This document shows positions 1 to 9,127 of a DNA stretch of 28,575 bases, piece by piece. Below the pieces are notes generated by a model. That model had not been told where the DNA came from. It did not search any database and saw nothing but the letters and a program-made list of their open reading frames with translations. A program made the position numbers and the translations under genes. Positions within the stretch are counted from its first letter, which is position 1; each line of letters starts with the position of its first letter. Source of the stretch: an uncultured Polyangiaceae bacterium (lineage in GTDB: Bacteria; Myxococcota_A; Polyangia; Polyangiales; Polyangiaceae); assembly GCA_964415255.1 (NCBI GenBank), contig CAYQAC010000023.1:18430-47004 (forward strand), in the 5' to 3' direction.

Positions 1-165
1 ATGGAGCGTTCCTACTCCAGCCAGCACGGCGCGTGGTGACGCTCGGCGCATGGTGACCACGCGGCGCCCTCAGCGGCGGCGCTGTGGCTGGCGGCGCCGC
101 TTGTTTCGCCGCCCCCGAGCAACATCCATGGATGGCGCGCGCTCGCGCGCTATGCTCGCGCGCCT

Positions 166-2376
166 ATGCCGGAGCTGTCGGTCATCGCCCCTTGTTACAA
201 TGAGGAGCTCAACGTCCCGGAGCTGGTGCGGCGCGTGGTTCAGGTGTTCGAGCGGGGGCAGCTGCGCGGCGAGCTCTTGTTGGTGGATGACGGCAGCCAA
301 GACGGCACCGCCCTGGCGATCCGCGCGGCCGCCGCGGCGCACCCTGGGATCGTGATCCCGTGCGAGCACCTGACCAACCGCGGCATCACCGAGGCGTGGC
401 GCACCGGGGTCAGCGCCGCGCGCGCGCCGGTGGTGGCGATCATCGACGCCGATCTCCAGTACCAACCGGAGGATTTGCTCCGGCTCTACCGCGAGCTGAA
501 CGAGCACCACGTGGACATCGTGCAAGGCTGGCGCAGCCAGGTCGGCCGTGAGCGGGGCGCGCGCTACCACCTGAGCCGCGGCTTCAACACGCTGCTGAAC
601 ACCGCGTTCGGGATGCAGCTGCAGGACAACAAGAGCGGCTTCTTGATCACCCAGCGGGAGATCTTGGAGGACTTGCTGAGCTACCAAGGGCGCTACCACT
701 ACTGGCAGAGCTTCATCATGGTGGCGGCGCACGCCAAGGGCTACTCCTACAAGCAGATCGAGACTTTGTTCGAGAACCGCCGCGCGGGGCAGAGCTTCTT
801 GGATGGTTACGCGTACCGCGCGGCCGCGAAGAGCTTGGTGGATCTCGGGCGCGCCGCCTGGGAGTACCGCGTGGTGAGGCAGCCCGCGGGCGCTTTGCGC
901 CATCATGGTGAGCGCGTGCTCAGCGAGCGCGCCCCGAGCGAGCAGGCGGCCAAGGCGCGCTCGAAGCGCACGCCCGCGGAGGCCGCGCGCTGGGGCGCCT
1001 ACATGGCGTCGTTCAACGCCACGCATTGGATGATCACCCGCGACGTGGAGCGCTACTACGAGTCGCTCCAGGAGACGGAGTGGCTGAGCCCCTCCGCGCT
1101 GCGCGAGCTCCAGGACGAGAAGCTGCGGCGCCTGGTGAGGCACGCTTACCGTAACGTGCCTTATTATCGTGAGCGGATGCGCGAGCGCGGCCTCACCCCG
1201 CAGGACATCCGGGGCCAGGCTGACCTGTACAAGCTGCCTTACCTCACCAAGCAGGCGGTGCGCGATCACCTCTACTTCGACATCCTGAGCGAGGACCACG
1301 ACAAGGACCAGGTGCTGCGGGTGACGACCAGCGGCTCCACTGGGGAGCCGTTCGTCTGTTATGCTGACCGGGCGCAGCTCGAGTTCCGCTGGGCGGCCAC
1401 GCTGCGCGCTCAGGAGTGGACAGGGTACCGCTTCGGTGATCCCTCCGTCCGCCTCTGGCACCAGACGCTCGGTATGAGCCCCGCGCAGGCGGCGCGGGAG
1501 CGGCTGGACGCCCTGCTCTCACGGCGAAAGTTCATCCCGGTGTTCGAGATGTCTGAGGCGCGGCTCGAGGCGCTGGTGAAGGAGATGATCGCCTGGCAGC
1601 CGGTGCTGCTCGATGGCTACGCGGAGGCGCTCGACTTCTTGGCGCGCTACCTCGGGGGGCGCGGGGAGCTGGGGCTCCGGCCCCAGGCGGTGATGAGCAG
1701 CGCGCAGACGCTGCCGGACAAGAGCCGCCAGCTGATCGAGTCGGCGTTTGGGTGCCGCGTGTTCGATAAGTATGGCTCACGCGAGTTCTCTGGCGTGGCC
1801 TACGAGTGCGAGGCGCACGCGGGGCATCACGTGGTGGGGGAGGGGTACCTGGTGGAGATCTTGCGGGAGGGTGAGCCCGCGCGCCCAGGGGAGGTGGGTG
1901 AGGTGGTGATCACCGATCTCAATAACCAGTGCCTCCCCTTCATCCGCTACCGCATCGGTGACTTGGCGGAGGCGATGGACCCAAGCGCGGTGTGCAGCTG
2001 TGGCCGCGGCCTGCCGCGGATCGGTCGGATTGAGGGGCGCGTGCAGTCGATCATCCAGGGCACGGACGGCCGCTACCTCCCCGGCACCTTCTTCGCCCAT
2101 TACCTGAAGGAGTTCGATCACGCGATCCAGCGCTTCCAGGTGGTGCAAGAGCGCCCGCGCGCCATCACGCTTCGGCTCGTGAAGGCGGGGCGCTATTCAG
2201 ACAGTGTCCTTGACGAAGTGCTCAGCACCTTCCGCCGCTACCTAGGGGAAGATTTGGCGATTGACGTGGAGTTCACCGACACAATCGAGCTGATCCGCAC
2301 CGGGAAGCACCTGGCCGCGGTGTCGAAGCTCGACGTGGACTTCCAGCGCCACGCGCCGAGGGTCGCGGCCTCGTGA
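166..2376 (+). CDS. Fusion protein: N-terminal family-2 glycosyltransferase (DPM1/polyprenol-phosphate GT-like) joined to a C-terminal CapK/PaaK-like adenylate-forming domain (phenylacetate-CoA ligase / F390 synthetase family)
   Basis: 736-aa ORF with strong G/C third-position bias. The N-terminus has SVIAPCYNEE...LLVDDGSQDGT and IIDADLQY, typical GT-A/GT2 motifs. The C-terminal half has LRVTTSGSTGEPF (the TSGSTGEP P-loop of the CapK/PaaK family) and a ...YRIGD... region. The long antisense ORF 70..1461 is a typical high-GC shadow ORF. Confidence 0.85.
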   Translation: MPELSVIAPCYNEELNVPELVRRVVQVFERGQLRGELLLVDDGSQDGTALAIRAAAAAHPGIVIPCEHLTNRGITEAWRTGVSAARAPVVAIIDADLQYQPEDLLRLYRELNEHHVDIVQGWRSQVGRERGARYHLSRGFNTLLNTAFGMQLQDNKSGFLITQREILEDLLSYQGRYHYWQSFIMVAAHAKGYSYKQIETLFENRRAGQSFLDGYAYRAAAKSLVDLGRAAWEYRVVRQPAGALRHHGERVLSERAPSEQAAKARSKRTPAEAARWGAYMASFNATHWMITRDVERYYESLQETEWLSPSALRELQDEKLRRLVRHAYRNVPYYRERMRERGLTPQDIRGQADLYKLPYLTKQAVRDHLYFDILSEDHDKDQVLRVTTSGSTGEPFVCYADRAQLEFRWAATLRAQEWTGYRFGDPSVRLWHQTLGMSPAQAARERLDALLSRRKFIPVFEMSEARLEALVKEMIAWQPVLLDGYAEALDFLARYLGGRGELGLRPQAVMSSAQTLPDKSRQLIESAFGCRVFDKYGSREFSGVAYECEAHAGHHVVGEGYLVEILREGEPARPGEVGEVVITDLNNQCLPFIRYRIGDLAEAMDPSAVCSCGRGLPRIGRIEGRVQSIIQGTDGRYLPGTFFAHYLKEFDHAIQRFQVVQERPRAITLRLVKAGRYSDSVLDEVLSTFRRYLGEDLAIDVEFTDTIELIRTGKHLAAVSKLDVDFQRHAPRVAAS

Positions 2377-3215
2377 GCGCCGATGAGGGGACGCCGGAGG
2401 CGCCGCTCACCTTCGACCCGTCGGAGTTCAAGCAGCGCGTGGCGCTCGAGCGGCGCCACTACTGGCATTTGCATCGAAAGCAGGTGCTGCTCGAGGCACT
2501 TCAGCGGGTGAACGGCGTGCGCGCTGCGGCAGATCCGCGCGGCGCGTCGCGCCTGGTGGAGGTGGGCTGCGGGATCGGGACGGTGGCGACCCACCTGAAC
2601 CTGTGGGGGTATCAGGTGGACTACGCCGAGCTTCACCGAGAGGGCCTCAAGCTGGCTCAGGCCGCCGCGGAGGAGCAGCTCGGCGCCGCGGCGCAGGCGC
2701 GGCGCTTCTTCGAGTTTGACGTACAGTCAGCGGAGCTGCCTAGCGGCTACGACGGCGCGCTGATGTTCGACGTGCTGGAGCACCTGCCAGACGACGTGCG
2801 CGCCCTGTCTCACCTCCGCGCGGGGCTGAGCGGCGCTGATTCGTTCGTATTGCTGACGGTGCCCGCCTTTCAGTTGCTCTGGTCACCGTGGGACGAGGTG
2901 GAGCACCATCAGCGGCGCTACACCCGCGCCCAGCTCACGTCCGTCGCGCGCGCTGCGGGCTTTCAGCTCGAGCACGCCACGTACTTCTTCGCGCCGCTGT
3001 TCTTCGCGGCGCTCGCCGTGAAGGGACTGCGTAAGGCGCGCGGCGCGCTGCTCGGCGCGCCGCCTCCAGCGAGCATGCCCGAGCTGCTGGAGGCGCGCGA
3101 GCTCCCGCTCGTGAATCAGGCGGCGCTCCGGGTGCTGCAGCCAGAGCGCCGCTGGCTCAGGCGCCGCGGCCTGCCGCTCGGCACCTCGCTGCTCGCGCTG
3201 CTGCGCCCGCGTTAG
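2373..3215 (+). CDS. Class I SAM-dependent methyltransferase
   Basis: 280-aa ORF. It has VEVGCGIGT (SAM-binding motif I) and FDVLEHLPDD (post-motif II region typical of Methyltransf_11/23-type enzymes). The GTG start overlaps the upstream stop (GTGA, 2373-2376), implying translational coupling and an operon with 166..2376. Confidence 0.85.
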   Translation: MSADEGTPEAPLTFDPSEFKQRVALERRHYWHLHRKQVLLEALQRVNGVRAAADPRGASRLVEVGCGIGTVATHLNLWGYQVDYAELHREGLKLAQAAAEEQLGAAAQARRFFEFDVQSAELPSGYDGALMFDVLEHLPDDVRALSHLRAGLSGADSFVLLTVPAFQLLWSPWDEVEHHQRRYTRAQLTSVARAAGFQLEHATYFFAPLFFAALAVKGLRKARGALLGAPPPASMPELLEARELPLVNQAALRVLQPERRWLRRRGLPLGTSLLALLRPR

Positions 3216-3339
3216 CGGCCGCAGCGCTGCGCACCGGCGCCCCGCTGATATAGTCAGTTAGACGGTCGAAGTTTGAGCGCAGCCTGCAGTCGTTGGTCTA
3301 GCGCCGCCGCCTCGCTGCTAAGCAGCGCCCCTGACGGAC

Positions 3340-4386
3340 TCAGCGCGGCGCGCGCCCACGCAGGCGCGGGCGCACCTGGTCACCGTGGATGATGTTCTGG
3401 GTGCTGTCGCGCTCAAGGAAGCGCTGGGGGAAGCCGGGCGCGCTGCGGCTGACCTCCCCCAGCCGCGCGAGCTGCGCCTCCGAGAGCGTTATCTGGGCGG
3501 CGCCCACCGCGTCTTCAATCTGCTCCACCTTGCGCGTCCCCACGATCGGGATGAAGCGCAGACCGTGCGCGGCGACCCACGCTAGGGCCACCTGGGTGGA
3601 GCTGACCCCCAGCTCGTCAGCTACAGTGTCTACCACGCGGGCGATCGCGAGGTTATGATCCGAGGTGCGCCCGCCCGCCTCATTGCCCTTCTTGCGCAGC
3701 GAGTCGATCTCCCCGCCACGGGTGTACTTGCCGCTCAGCACCCCGCCGCCGAGCGGCGCCCAGGCGAGCACCGAGAGTTCAAACTCCTGGGCCATGGGCA
3801 AGAGCTCGTGCTCCACCGTGCGCTCGATCAAGCTGTACTCGATTTGAAGGCCTACGAATGGCGTCCAGCCCTTCAGCTCGGCCAGCACGTTGGCGGCCGA
3901 GGCCACCCAGGCCGGGGTGTCGCTCACGCCTAGGTAGAGCACCTTACCGGCGCGCACGAGGTCGTCCAGCGCGCGCATCGTCTCTTGGTAGGGCGTGTGG
4001 TGATCCCAGGCGTGCACCCACAGTAGGTCGATGTAATCTGTACCCAGGCGCGAGAGGCTCGCCTCCACGGAGCGCACCAGGTTCTTCTTGTGACCGCCGC
4101 CCGCGTTCGGATCTTCGTGATCCATCGTGAGGGAGTACTTGGTCGCCAGCACCATCTTGTCGCGGCGTGGAGCCAACCAGCGCCCGCAGATCTGCTCGGT
4201 TTGCCCGTTGTGGTACTTGTTGGCGGTGTCGATGAAGTTGCCGCCCGCCGCCTCATAAGCGCTGAGCACCGCGTGGCTCGTCGCCTCGTCCGCGCCGAAG
4301 CCCCACTCATCCCCGAAACTCATGGTGCCGAGGCACAGCTCCGACACGCGCAACCCAGAACGCCCTAGCAGTCGATATCCCAGCAT
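3340..4386 (-). CDS. Aldo/keto reductase (Tas/YajO/Kv-beta-like NADPH-dependent oxidoreductase)
   Basis: 348-aa ORF beginning MLGYRLLGRSGLRVSELCLGTMSFG, followed by GGNFIDTANKY, DYIDLLWVHAWD and YLGVSDTPAW. These are classic AKR family blocks. Confidence 0.9.
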   Translation of the reverse strand: MLGYRLLGRSGLRVSELCLGTMSFGDEWGFGADEATSHAVLSAYEAAGGNFIDTANKYHNGQTEQICGRWLAPRRDKMVLATKYSLTMDHEDPNAGGGHKKNLVRSVEASLSRLGTDYIDLLWVHAWDHHTPYQETMRALDDLVRAGKVLYLGVSDTPAWVASAANVLAELKGWTPFVGLQIEYSLIERTVEHELLPMAQEFELSVLAWAPLGGGVLSGKYTRGGEIDSLRKKGNEAGGRTSDHNLAIARVVDTVADELGVSSTQVALAWVAAHGLRFIPIVGTRKVEQIEDAVGAAQITLSEAQLARLGEVSRSAPGFPQRFLERDSTQNIIHGDQVRPRLRGRAPR

Positions 4387-4489
4387 CGCTCTCTCTCCCT
4401 GAAGCCGCTGGCCGCGTGCGTCGCAGCCCTCCCATTCTCTATCACGCCGCGGTGCCGTCTAACCCCCCAAACCCACGCTCCGAGGTCAC

Positions 4490-4656
4490 AACAGGGCTTC
4501 ACGGCAACGTGGTGGGTGACCGGCGATATCGGGCCGTCATTCAGGTCACAGGGCGCTCAGGTGGCGCTCACGTTGCAGGGCTGCTCAGCTCACAGGGCCG
4601 CTCAGGTAGCAGGGCTGCTCAAGGTAGCAGGGCTGCTCAGGTAGCAGGGCTGCTCG
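4490..4656. repeat. Degenerate array of about 8 copies of a 15-17 bp unit (consensus CAGGGCTGCTCAGGTAG); the last three copies are near-perfect tandem (4605-4621, 4623-4639, 4640-4655)
   Basis: Read directly from the sequence: acagggcttcacgg / acagggcgctcagg / gcagggctgctcagc / acagggccgctcagg / GGTAGCAGGGCTGCTCA x3. The array lies between the AKR start (4386) and the acyltransferase stop (4637-4639) and overlaps the latter. Confidence 0.8.
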
Positions 4657-5311
4657 CCTCGCTGCTCAGCGGCGGGTTCCGCTCTTCGGTCAGCTCGATG
4701 CCGGTCGCCAGCTTGCCGTCGTGGCCGCGGATGTCAGCGTAGAACGCGCGGATGCGGTCCATGTCCGCGCGCACGTCACCGCTCGGCATGAGGCTGGGCC
4801 CCAGCCCGCCGATGCGCCGGCCGTAGTCGAGGAAGCCGAGGACGATCGGGACCTGGGCCTCGCGCGCGATGTGGTAAAACCCAGATTTCCACTTGGTATT
4901 TCCGGTGCGCGTGCCGCTGGGGGCGACCGCGAGGAACATGGAGTCCGCCTCGCGGATGCGCGTGGCCACCTGCTCCACCAGGCCGTGGCGCGCCCGACGA
5001 TCCACCGGGATGCCGCCCAGGCGGCGCATCAGCGCGCCGCTCGGCCCCTCGAACAGGGTGTGCTTGCCGAGCCAGTTCAGCTTCATCTGAAACTCCCAAG
5101 CCACGGCGAGCATGAACGGCAGATCCCAGTTGCTTGAGTGGGGGGCCGCGATGATGACGCCCTTGCCGCACTCCGGCAGCGCGCCGGACGTCGTCCAGCC
5201 GAAGCGCTTCAGGTACTGCTTGCCTAGGGTGCGGGTCATGGGGGAGCGCGGCATGCTTAGGCCGTGCCTGAGCGCTCCTCCTTCGTCAATCCAGGCGCCG
5301 CGCCCTGACAA
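4637..5311 (-). CDS. 1-acyl-sn-glycerol-3-phosphate acyltransferase family protein (PlsC-like)
   Basis: The ORF contains AAPHSSNWDLPF (the HX4D acyltransferase catalytic motif), FLAVAPSGTRT (block III) and PIVLGFLDY. The start is uncertain: in-frame ATGs at 5254 and 5239 are at least as plausible as 5311. Confidence 0.8.
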   Translation of the reverse strand: MSGRGAWIDEGGALRHGLSMPRSPMTRTLGKQYLKRFGWTTSGALPECGKGVIIAAPHSSNWDLPFMLAVAWEFQMKLNWLGKHTLFEGPSGALMRRLGGIPVDRRARHGLVEQVATRIREADSMFLAVAPSGTRTGNTKWKSGFYHIAREAQVPIVLGFLDYGRRIGGLGPSLMPSGDVRADMDRIRAFYADIRGHDGKLATGIELTEERNPPLSSEASSPAT

Positions 5312-5350
5312 GAATGTGACAGAGCGCGGCCCTGACGCTCCTCGGCAGCG

Positions 5351-7102
5351 CTACATGGAGATGCTGCCCTTGCGGAAGTCGCTGGCGGCGATCTGCACGT
5401 TGACGCACACCGGCTTACCGCTCTTGCTGAGCGCCTTCGCCTCGTCCAGCACGTCGTCCACCCGCGTGGGATCATCCAGGAGCAGCCCCACGCCGCCGTA
5501 GCCCTCCGCCACCCGGTGGTAGTCGGTGCGGCGCAGCTGGGTGCCGACGTCGTCCCCCAACATCTCCCCTTGTTCACGGGCGATCTGCGCCCACAGCGCG
5601 TCCGTGCCGATCACCGCGATGGGCGCCACGCCGTGGCGGAGGTAGCTATCAAACTCCGAGAGCGAGTAGGCGGAGGAGCCGTCGCCGTAGATGAGCCACA
5701 CCTCAGACTTTGGGCGCACGAGGCTCGCGCCCAGGGTGAAGCCGCCGCCCACCCCCAAGGTGCCGAAGGCGCCTGGGTCGAGCCAGGACAGCGGCGCCCG
5801 AGGGCGCAGGATGTAGCTCGCGGTCGCGACGAAATCGCCGCCGTCCACCACCAGCACCGCGTCGTCGCTGAGCTTCTCCTCCATCCGCAAGAAGAAGTGC
5901 AGCGGGTTGACGTAATTCCCCGCGGAAGCGCTCGCGCCCTGTTCGGCGATCTGAGCGTCGCGCGCGTCCTCCCGGGCGCGCAGGGTGCTGAACCACCCAG
6001 CCAGGCGCTCTCCTGGCGGGCTCACGCGCTCCGAGAGCAGCTCAAGGAACTGCCCCGCGTGGTACTGCACCGCCACCTCGGGCTTGCGGTTTTGCTTCAG
6101 CTCGGCGCGGCTCAGGTTGACCGCGACCACCGTCGCCTTGCTGCTGATGGCGCGCCCATAGCTCAGCCGGAAATCGAAGGGGAAGCCCGCCACGATCACC
6201 AGATCGGCCTCCTTCAGGGCGTTGCCACGCTTGTGGCGGAACTGGACGTCGCTCCGCCGCCCGAGCAGGCCGCGCGCCATCCCGCCGAGGAAGGTGGGGA
6301 GCCCGAGCTTCTTCACCGCGCGCGCCAGGGCCGGGGCGTCTCGCACGCCGACCAAGGTTTGGCTGCCGATCACCAGCACCGGGCGCTCTGCCTTCTCCAG
6401 CAGCTCGGCGACGCGCGTGAGCTGCTCTAGATCCAGGGCGGGCGTGGCCTCCCCGTGGCCGCCGAACGGCAGCTCCACGTGCGGCTGGTGGAACTGGCGG
6501 AACAAGTAGCCCTTGATGAGCAGCTCCAGCGCCTTGCCGCCGAGGTTCTTAGCGTCCTTCAGGCCGGCCTCCTTCAGGAAGATCTCCCGCACCATCGCCT
6601 CCGGGTAGAGCAGATCCACCGGGACCTCGACGAACACCGGGCCCGGCACGCCACTCGACGCAAGATCGAAGGCGCGCTCCACCGTGGGCCTGAGCGAGGC
6701 CACTGTCTTGCAGCTAGTGGCCCATTTGGTGATGGGTTGCATCAGGCTCAGCTGATCGATGTCCTGCAGTGAGCCGCGGCCCTTGAGCAGCGTGGCGGTG
6801 GCGCCGCCGAACAGCACGAGCGGCGTCTGCGCCATCTGTGCGTTCTTGATGGCGGTGACCGTGTTGGTCACGCCTGGCCCCGCGGTGACGGCCGCGACGC
6901 CGGGCACCCCCGTCATGCGCGCGACGGCGTCCGCCGCGAACACGGCGTGCTTCTCGTCGCGCACGTCCACCACCTGAATGCCGCGCGCCTTGGCGCCCAC
7001 CAGGATGGGGGAGATGTGTCCGCCGCACAGGGTGAACAAGGTCTCCACCCCACGCGAGGCCAAGACCTCACCAATGATCGCTCCTCCGTTTCGGTCCGTC
7101 AT
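5351..7102 (-). CDS. Thiamine-pyrophosphate-dependent enzyme, 2-hydroxyacyl-CoA lyase / oxalyl-CoA decarboxylase / acetolactate synthase large-subunit-like
   Basis: The N-terminus [30 protein letters not shown]...[31 protein letters not shown] is a TPP_enzyme_N signature. The C-terminal [16 protein letters not shown] is the TPP-binding GDG motif. I chose the ATG at 7102 (MTDRNGG); the 19-codon upstream extension to 7159 is Arg/Ser/Pro-rich and unlikely to be real. Confidence 0.9.
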   Translation of the reverse strand: MTDRNGGAIIGEVLASRGVETLFTLCGGHISPILVGAKARGIQVVDVRDEKHAVFAADAVARMTGVPGVAAVTAGPGVTNTVTAIKNAQMAQTPLVLFGGATATLLKGRGSLQDIDQLSLMQPITKWATSCKTVASLRPTVERAFDLASSGVPGPVFVEVPVDLLYPEAMVREIFLKEAGLKDAKNLGGKALELLIKGYLFRQFHQPHVELPFGGHGEATPALDLEQLTRVAELLEKAERPVLVIGSQTLVGVRDAPALARAVKKLGLPTFLGGMARGLLGRRSDVQFRHKRGNALKEADLVIVAGFPFDFRLSYGRAISSKATVVAVNLSRAELKQNRKPEVAVQYHAGQFLELLSERVSPPGERLAGWFSTLRAREDARDAQIAEQGASASAGNYVNPLHFFLRMEEKLSDDAVLVVDGGDFVATASYILRPRAPLSWLDPGAFGTLGVGGGFTLGASLVRPKSEVWLIYGDGSSAYSLSEFDSYLRHGVAPIAVIGTDALWAQIAREQGEMLGDDVGTQLRRTDYHRVAEGYGGVGLLLDDPTRVDDVLDEAKALSKSGKPVCVNVQIAASDFRKGSISM

Positions 7103-7315
7103 GGCTCTGCTCTCTCCGGCTCGGGGCCTTGAAGCTACACGGCGACCCTGAGGCGTCAACCGCCGCTCGCGTCTACCCCAGCGCTTCGTAGCGTGCCAGA
7201 GGGTCCACGACGGCGTCGGCGGCTCCGCTCGTCACGCATGTCATGCGCGGGCTGACCGGGGAGCTATCGGGCGCTCATCAGCGCGGTTTCAGTTGATCTT
7301 CAGCCATCCGCGAAC

Positions 7316-9094
7316 ATGATGCGCGCCATGGCGACGCTCCTTGAACACATTGAAGCAGCCCTCCGGGGTGCGGTCATCCAAGCGCTGGGCGAAGCGCAGC
7401 AGGGAGCTGATCTGATGCTGCGGCCGGCGCAGAACCCGAGCTTCGGAGACTATCAGGCGAACCTCGCGATGAGCCTCGGCAAGTAGCTCGGCGTCCAACC
7501 CCGTGAACTCGCGGGTCGCGTGGTGCAGGCGCTGTCCGAAGAGCCAGCGTGTGAGGAGCTGTTCAAGGACGTGAGCGTGGCGGGCCCAGGCTTCATCAAC
7601 CTCACGCTCAGTGACCGCGCGCTGGCCGAGGAGGGCGCCGCCATGCTCGGCGATCCTCGGCTGCACGTGCCGCTGACGAAGACGCCGGATGTGGTGGTGA
7701 TCGACTACTCAAGCCCCAACGTCGCCAAGGAGATGCACGTGGGGCACATCCGCTCGACCGTGATCGGCGACGCCATCGTGCGGGTGCTCGAGCGGGCGGG
7801 TCACCGCGTGGTGCGCCAGAACCACCTGGGGGACTGGGGCACTCAGTTCGGCATGCTGATCGAGAACCTGATGGATCGCAGCGCGGCGGGCGACCCGGTG
7901 GACCTCAGCGCGGCCCGTGATCTTAACCCGATTTACCGTGAATCAAAGCAGCGCTTCGACACCGAGCCTGAGTTTCAGGAGCGGGCGCGGCGCCGGGTGG
8001 TGGCGCTGCAGTCCGGGGATGAAGCGACGCGCGCCTTGTGGCGTCAGCTGGTGGACTCCACGGTGGCCTACCTGGACGTCATGTACCAGCGGCTCGGGGT
8101 GAAGCTCGAGCCAGGGGACGTGTGCGGGGAGAGCTACTACAACGGGCGCCTCCAGGGGGTGGTGGAGCGCCTGCAGGCAGAGGGGCACCTCACCGAGAGC
8201 GACGGCGCGCTGTGCGTATTCCCTCAGGGATATAAGAACAAGGAGGGTGAGCCGCTGCCGATGATCGTACGGAAGGCTGACGGCGGCTACCTCTACGCCA
8301 CGACGGACTTGGCGGCGGCGCTCTACCGTAGCCAAGATCTAGGCGGCACGCGCCTGCTGTACGTGGTGGGCCTGCCGCAGCGCACGCACCTTGAGATGCT
8401 GTTTCAGGTGGTGAAGGACTTTGGCTGGGTAGGGGAGGGGGTTCGCTTGCAGCATGTCGGCTTTGGGTCGGTGCTCGGCCCTGACCGGAAGATGCTGAAG
8501 ACGCGCGCTGGGGAGAACATTCGCCTAGCGGATCTGCTGGATGAGGCGGAGGCGCGCGCCAGCGCCATCGTCCGCGGCAAGAACCCAGAGCTCAGCGAGG
8601 AGGAGGTGGGGGGTATCGCGCGCGCCGTCGGCGTGGGCGCGCTGAAGTACGCTGACCTGTCGAGCGACCGCATCAAAGACTACGTGTTCGACTGGGAGCG
8701 CATGTTGGCCTTTGACGGCAACACCGCGCCTTACCTGGTGAACGCGTACGTGCGCATCCAGTCTATTTTCCGCAAGGCAAATATTGGCGTGGAGGCGCTC
8801 GACGCGGGTGCGCTGGCGCCCGAAGATCCAGCGGAGCGCGCGCTGCTGCTCACGCTCACGCGCTACGGCGCCGCCGTTCAGTCGGTGGCGGAGAGCCTCG
8901 AGCCCCACCGCCTGTGCGGCTACTTGTACGACGTGGCCTCGGCCTTCCACCCCTTCTACGAGCGCTGCCCCATCCTCCGCTCGGATGTCCCCGAACCGGC
9001 GCGCAATAGCCGCCTGGTGCTGTGCGCGCTCACCGCGCGCGTGCTGCGTGAAGGCCTTGATCTGCTGGGGATCCAAGTCGTTGAGCAGATGTGA
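7316..9094 (+). CDS. argS: Arginine--tRNA ligase, full-length reading frame interrupted by one in-frame TAG (7484-7486); the uninterrupted part is 7520..9094
   Basis: 7520..9094 carries SPNVAKEMHVGHIRST (HIGH), GDWGTQFG, KNKEGEPLPMIVRKADGGYLYATTD, KTRAG, ALKYADLS and a C-terminal ...VEQM, collinear with E. coli-type ArgS. My translation of 7316-7483 in the same frame gives MMRAMATLLEHIEAALRGAVIQALGEAQQGADLMLRPAQNPSFGDYQANLAMSLGK. A TAG follows, then LGVQPRELAGRVVQAL...VAGPGFINLTL, matching the ArgS N-terminal Add-1 domain (E. coli [27 protein letters not shown]). Confidence 0.9.
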
Positions 9095-9127
9095 GCTCCC
9101 CCTGGGGCGGGGCGCCGCTGCGTTGGG

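Noticed and set aside
1-165. Possible 3' end of an upstream + strand gene (frame 1 is open to a TGA at 37-39)
   Set aside because: Only 12 codons are visible, so no composition or motif evidence is available.
70-1461. 463-aa ORF on the minus strand
   Set aside because: It is entirely antisense to the well-supported GT2/CapK CDS and has Arg/Leu/Ala/Gly-rich composition with no motifs. This is a typical high-GC shadow ORF.
3313-3327. Hairpin CGCTGC-TAA-GCAGCG between the convergent methyltransferase and AKR genes
   Set aside because: The stem is short (6 bp) with no U-tract on either side. That is too weak to call a terminator.
7289-7666. 125-aa minus-strand ORF across the argS 5' region
   Set aside because: The + strand translation matches the conserved ArgS N-terminal domain residue by residue. 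The minus ORF has no features.
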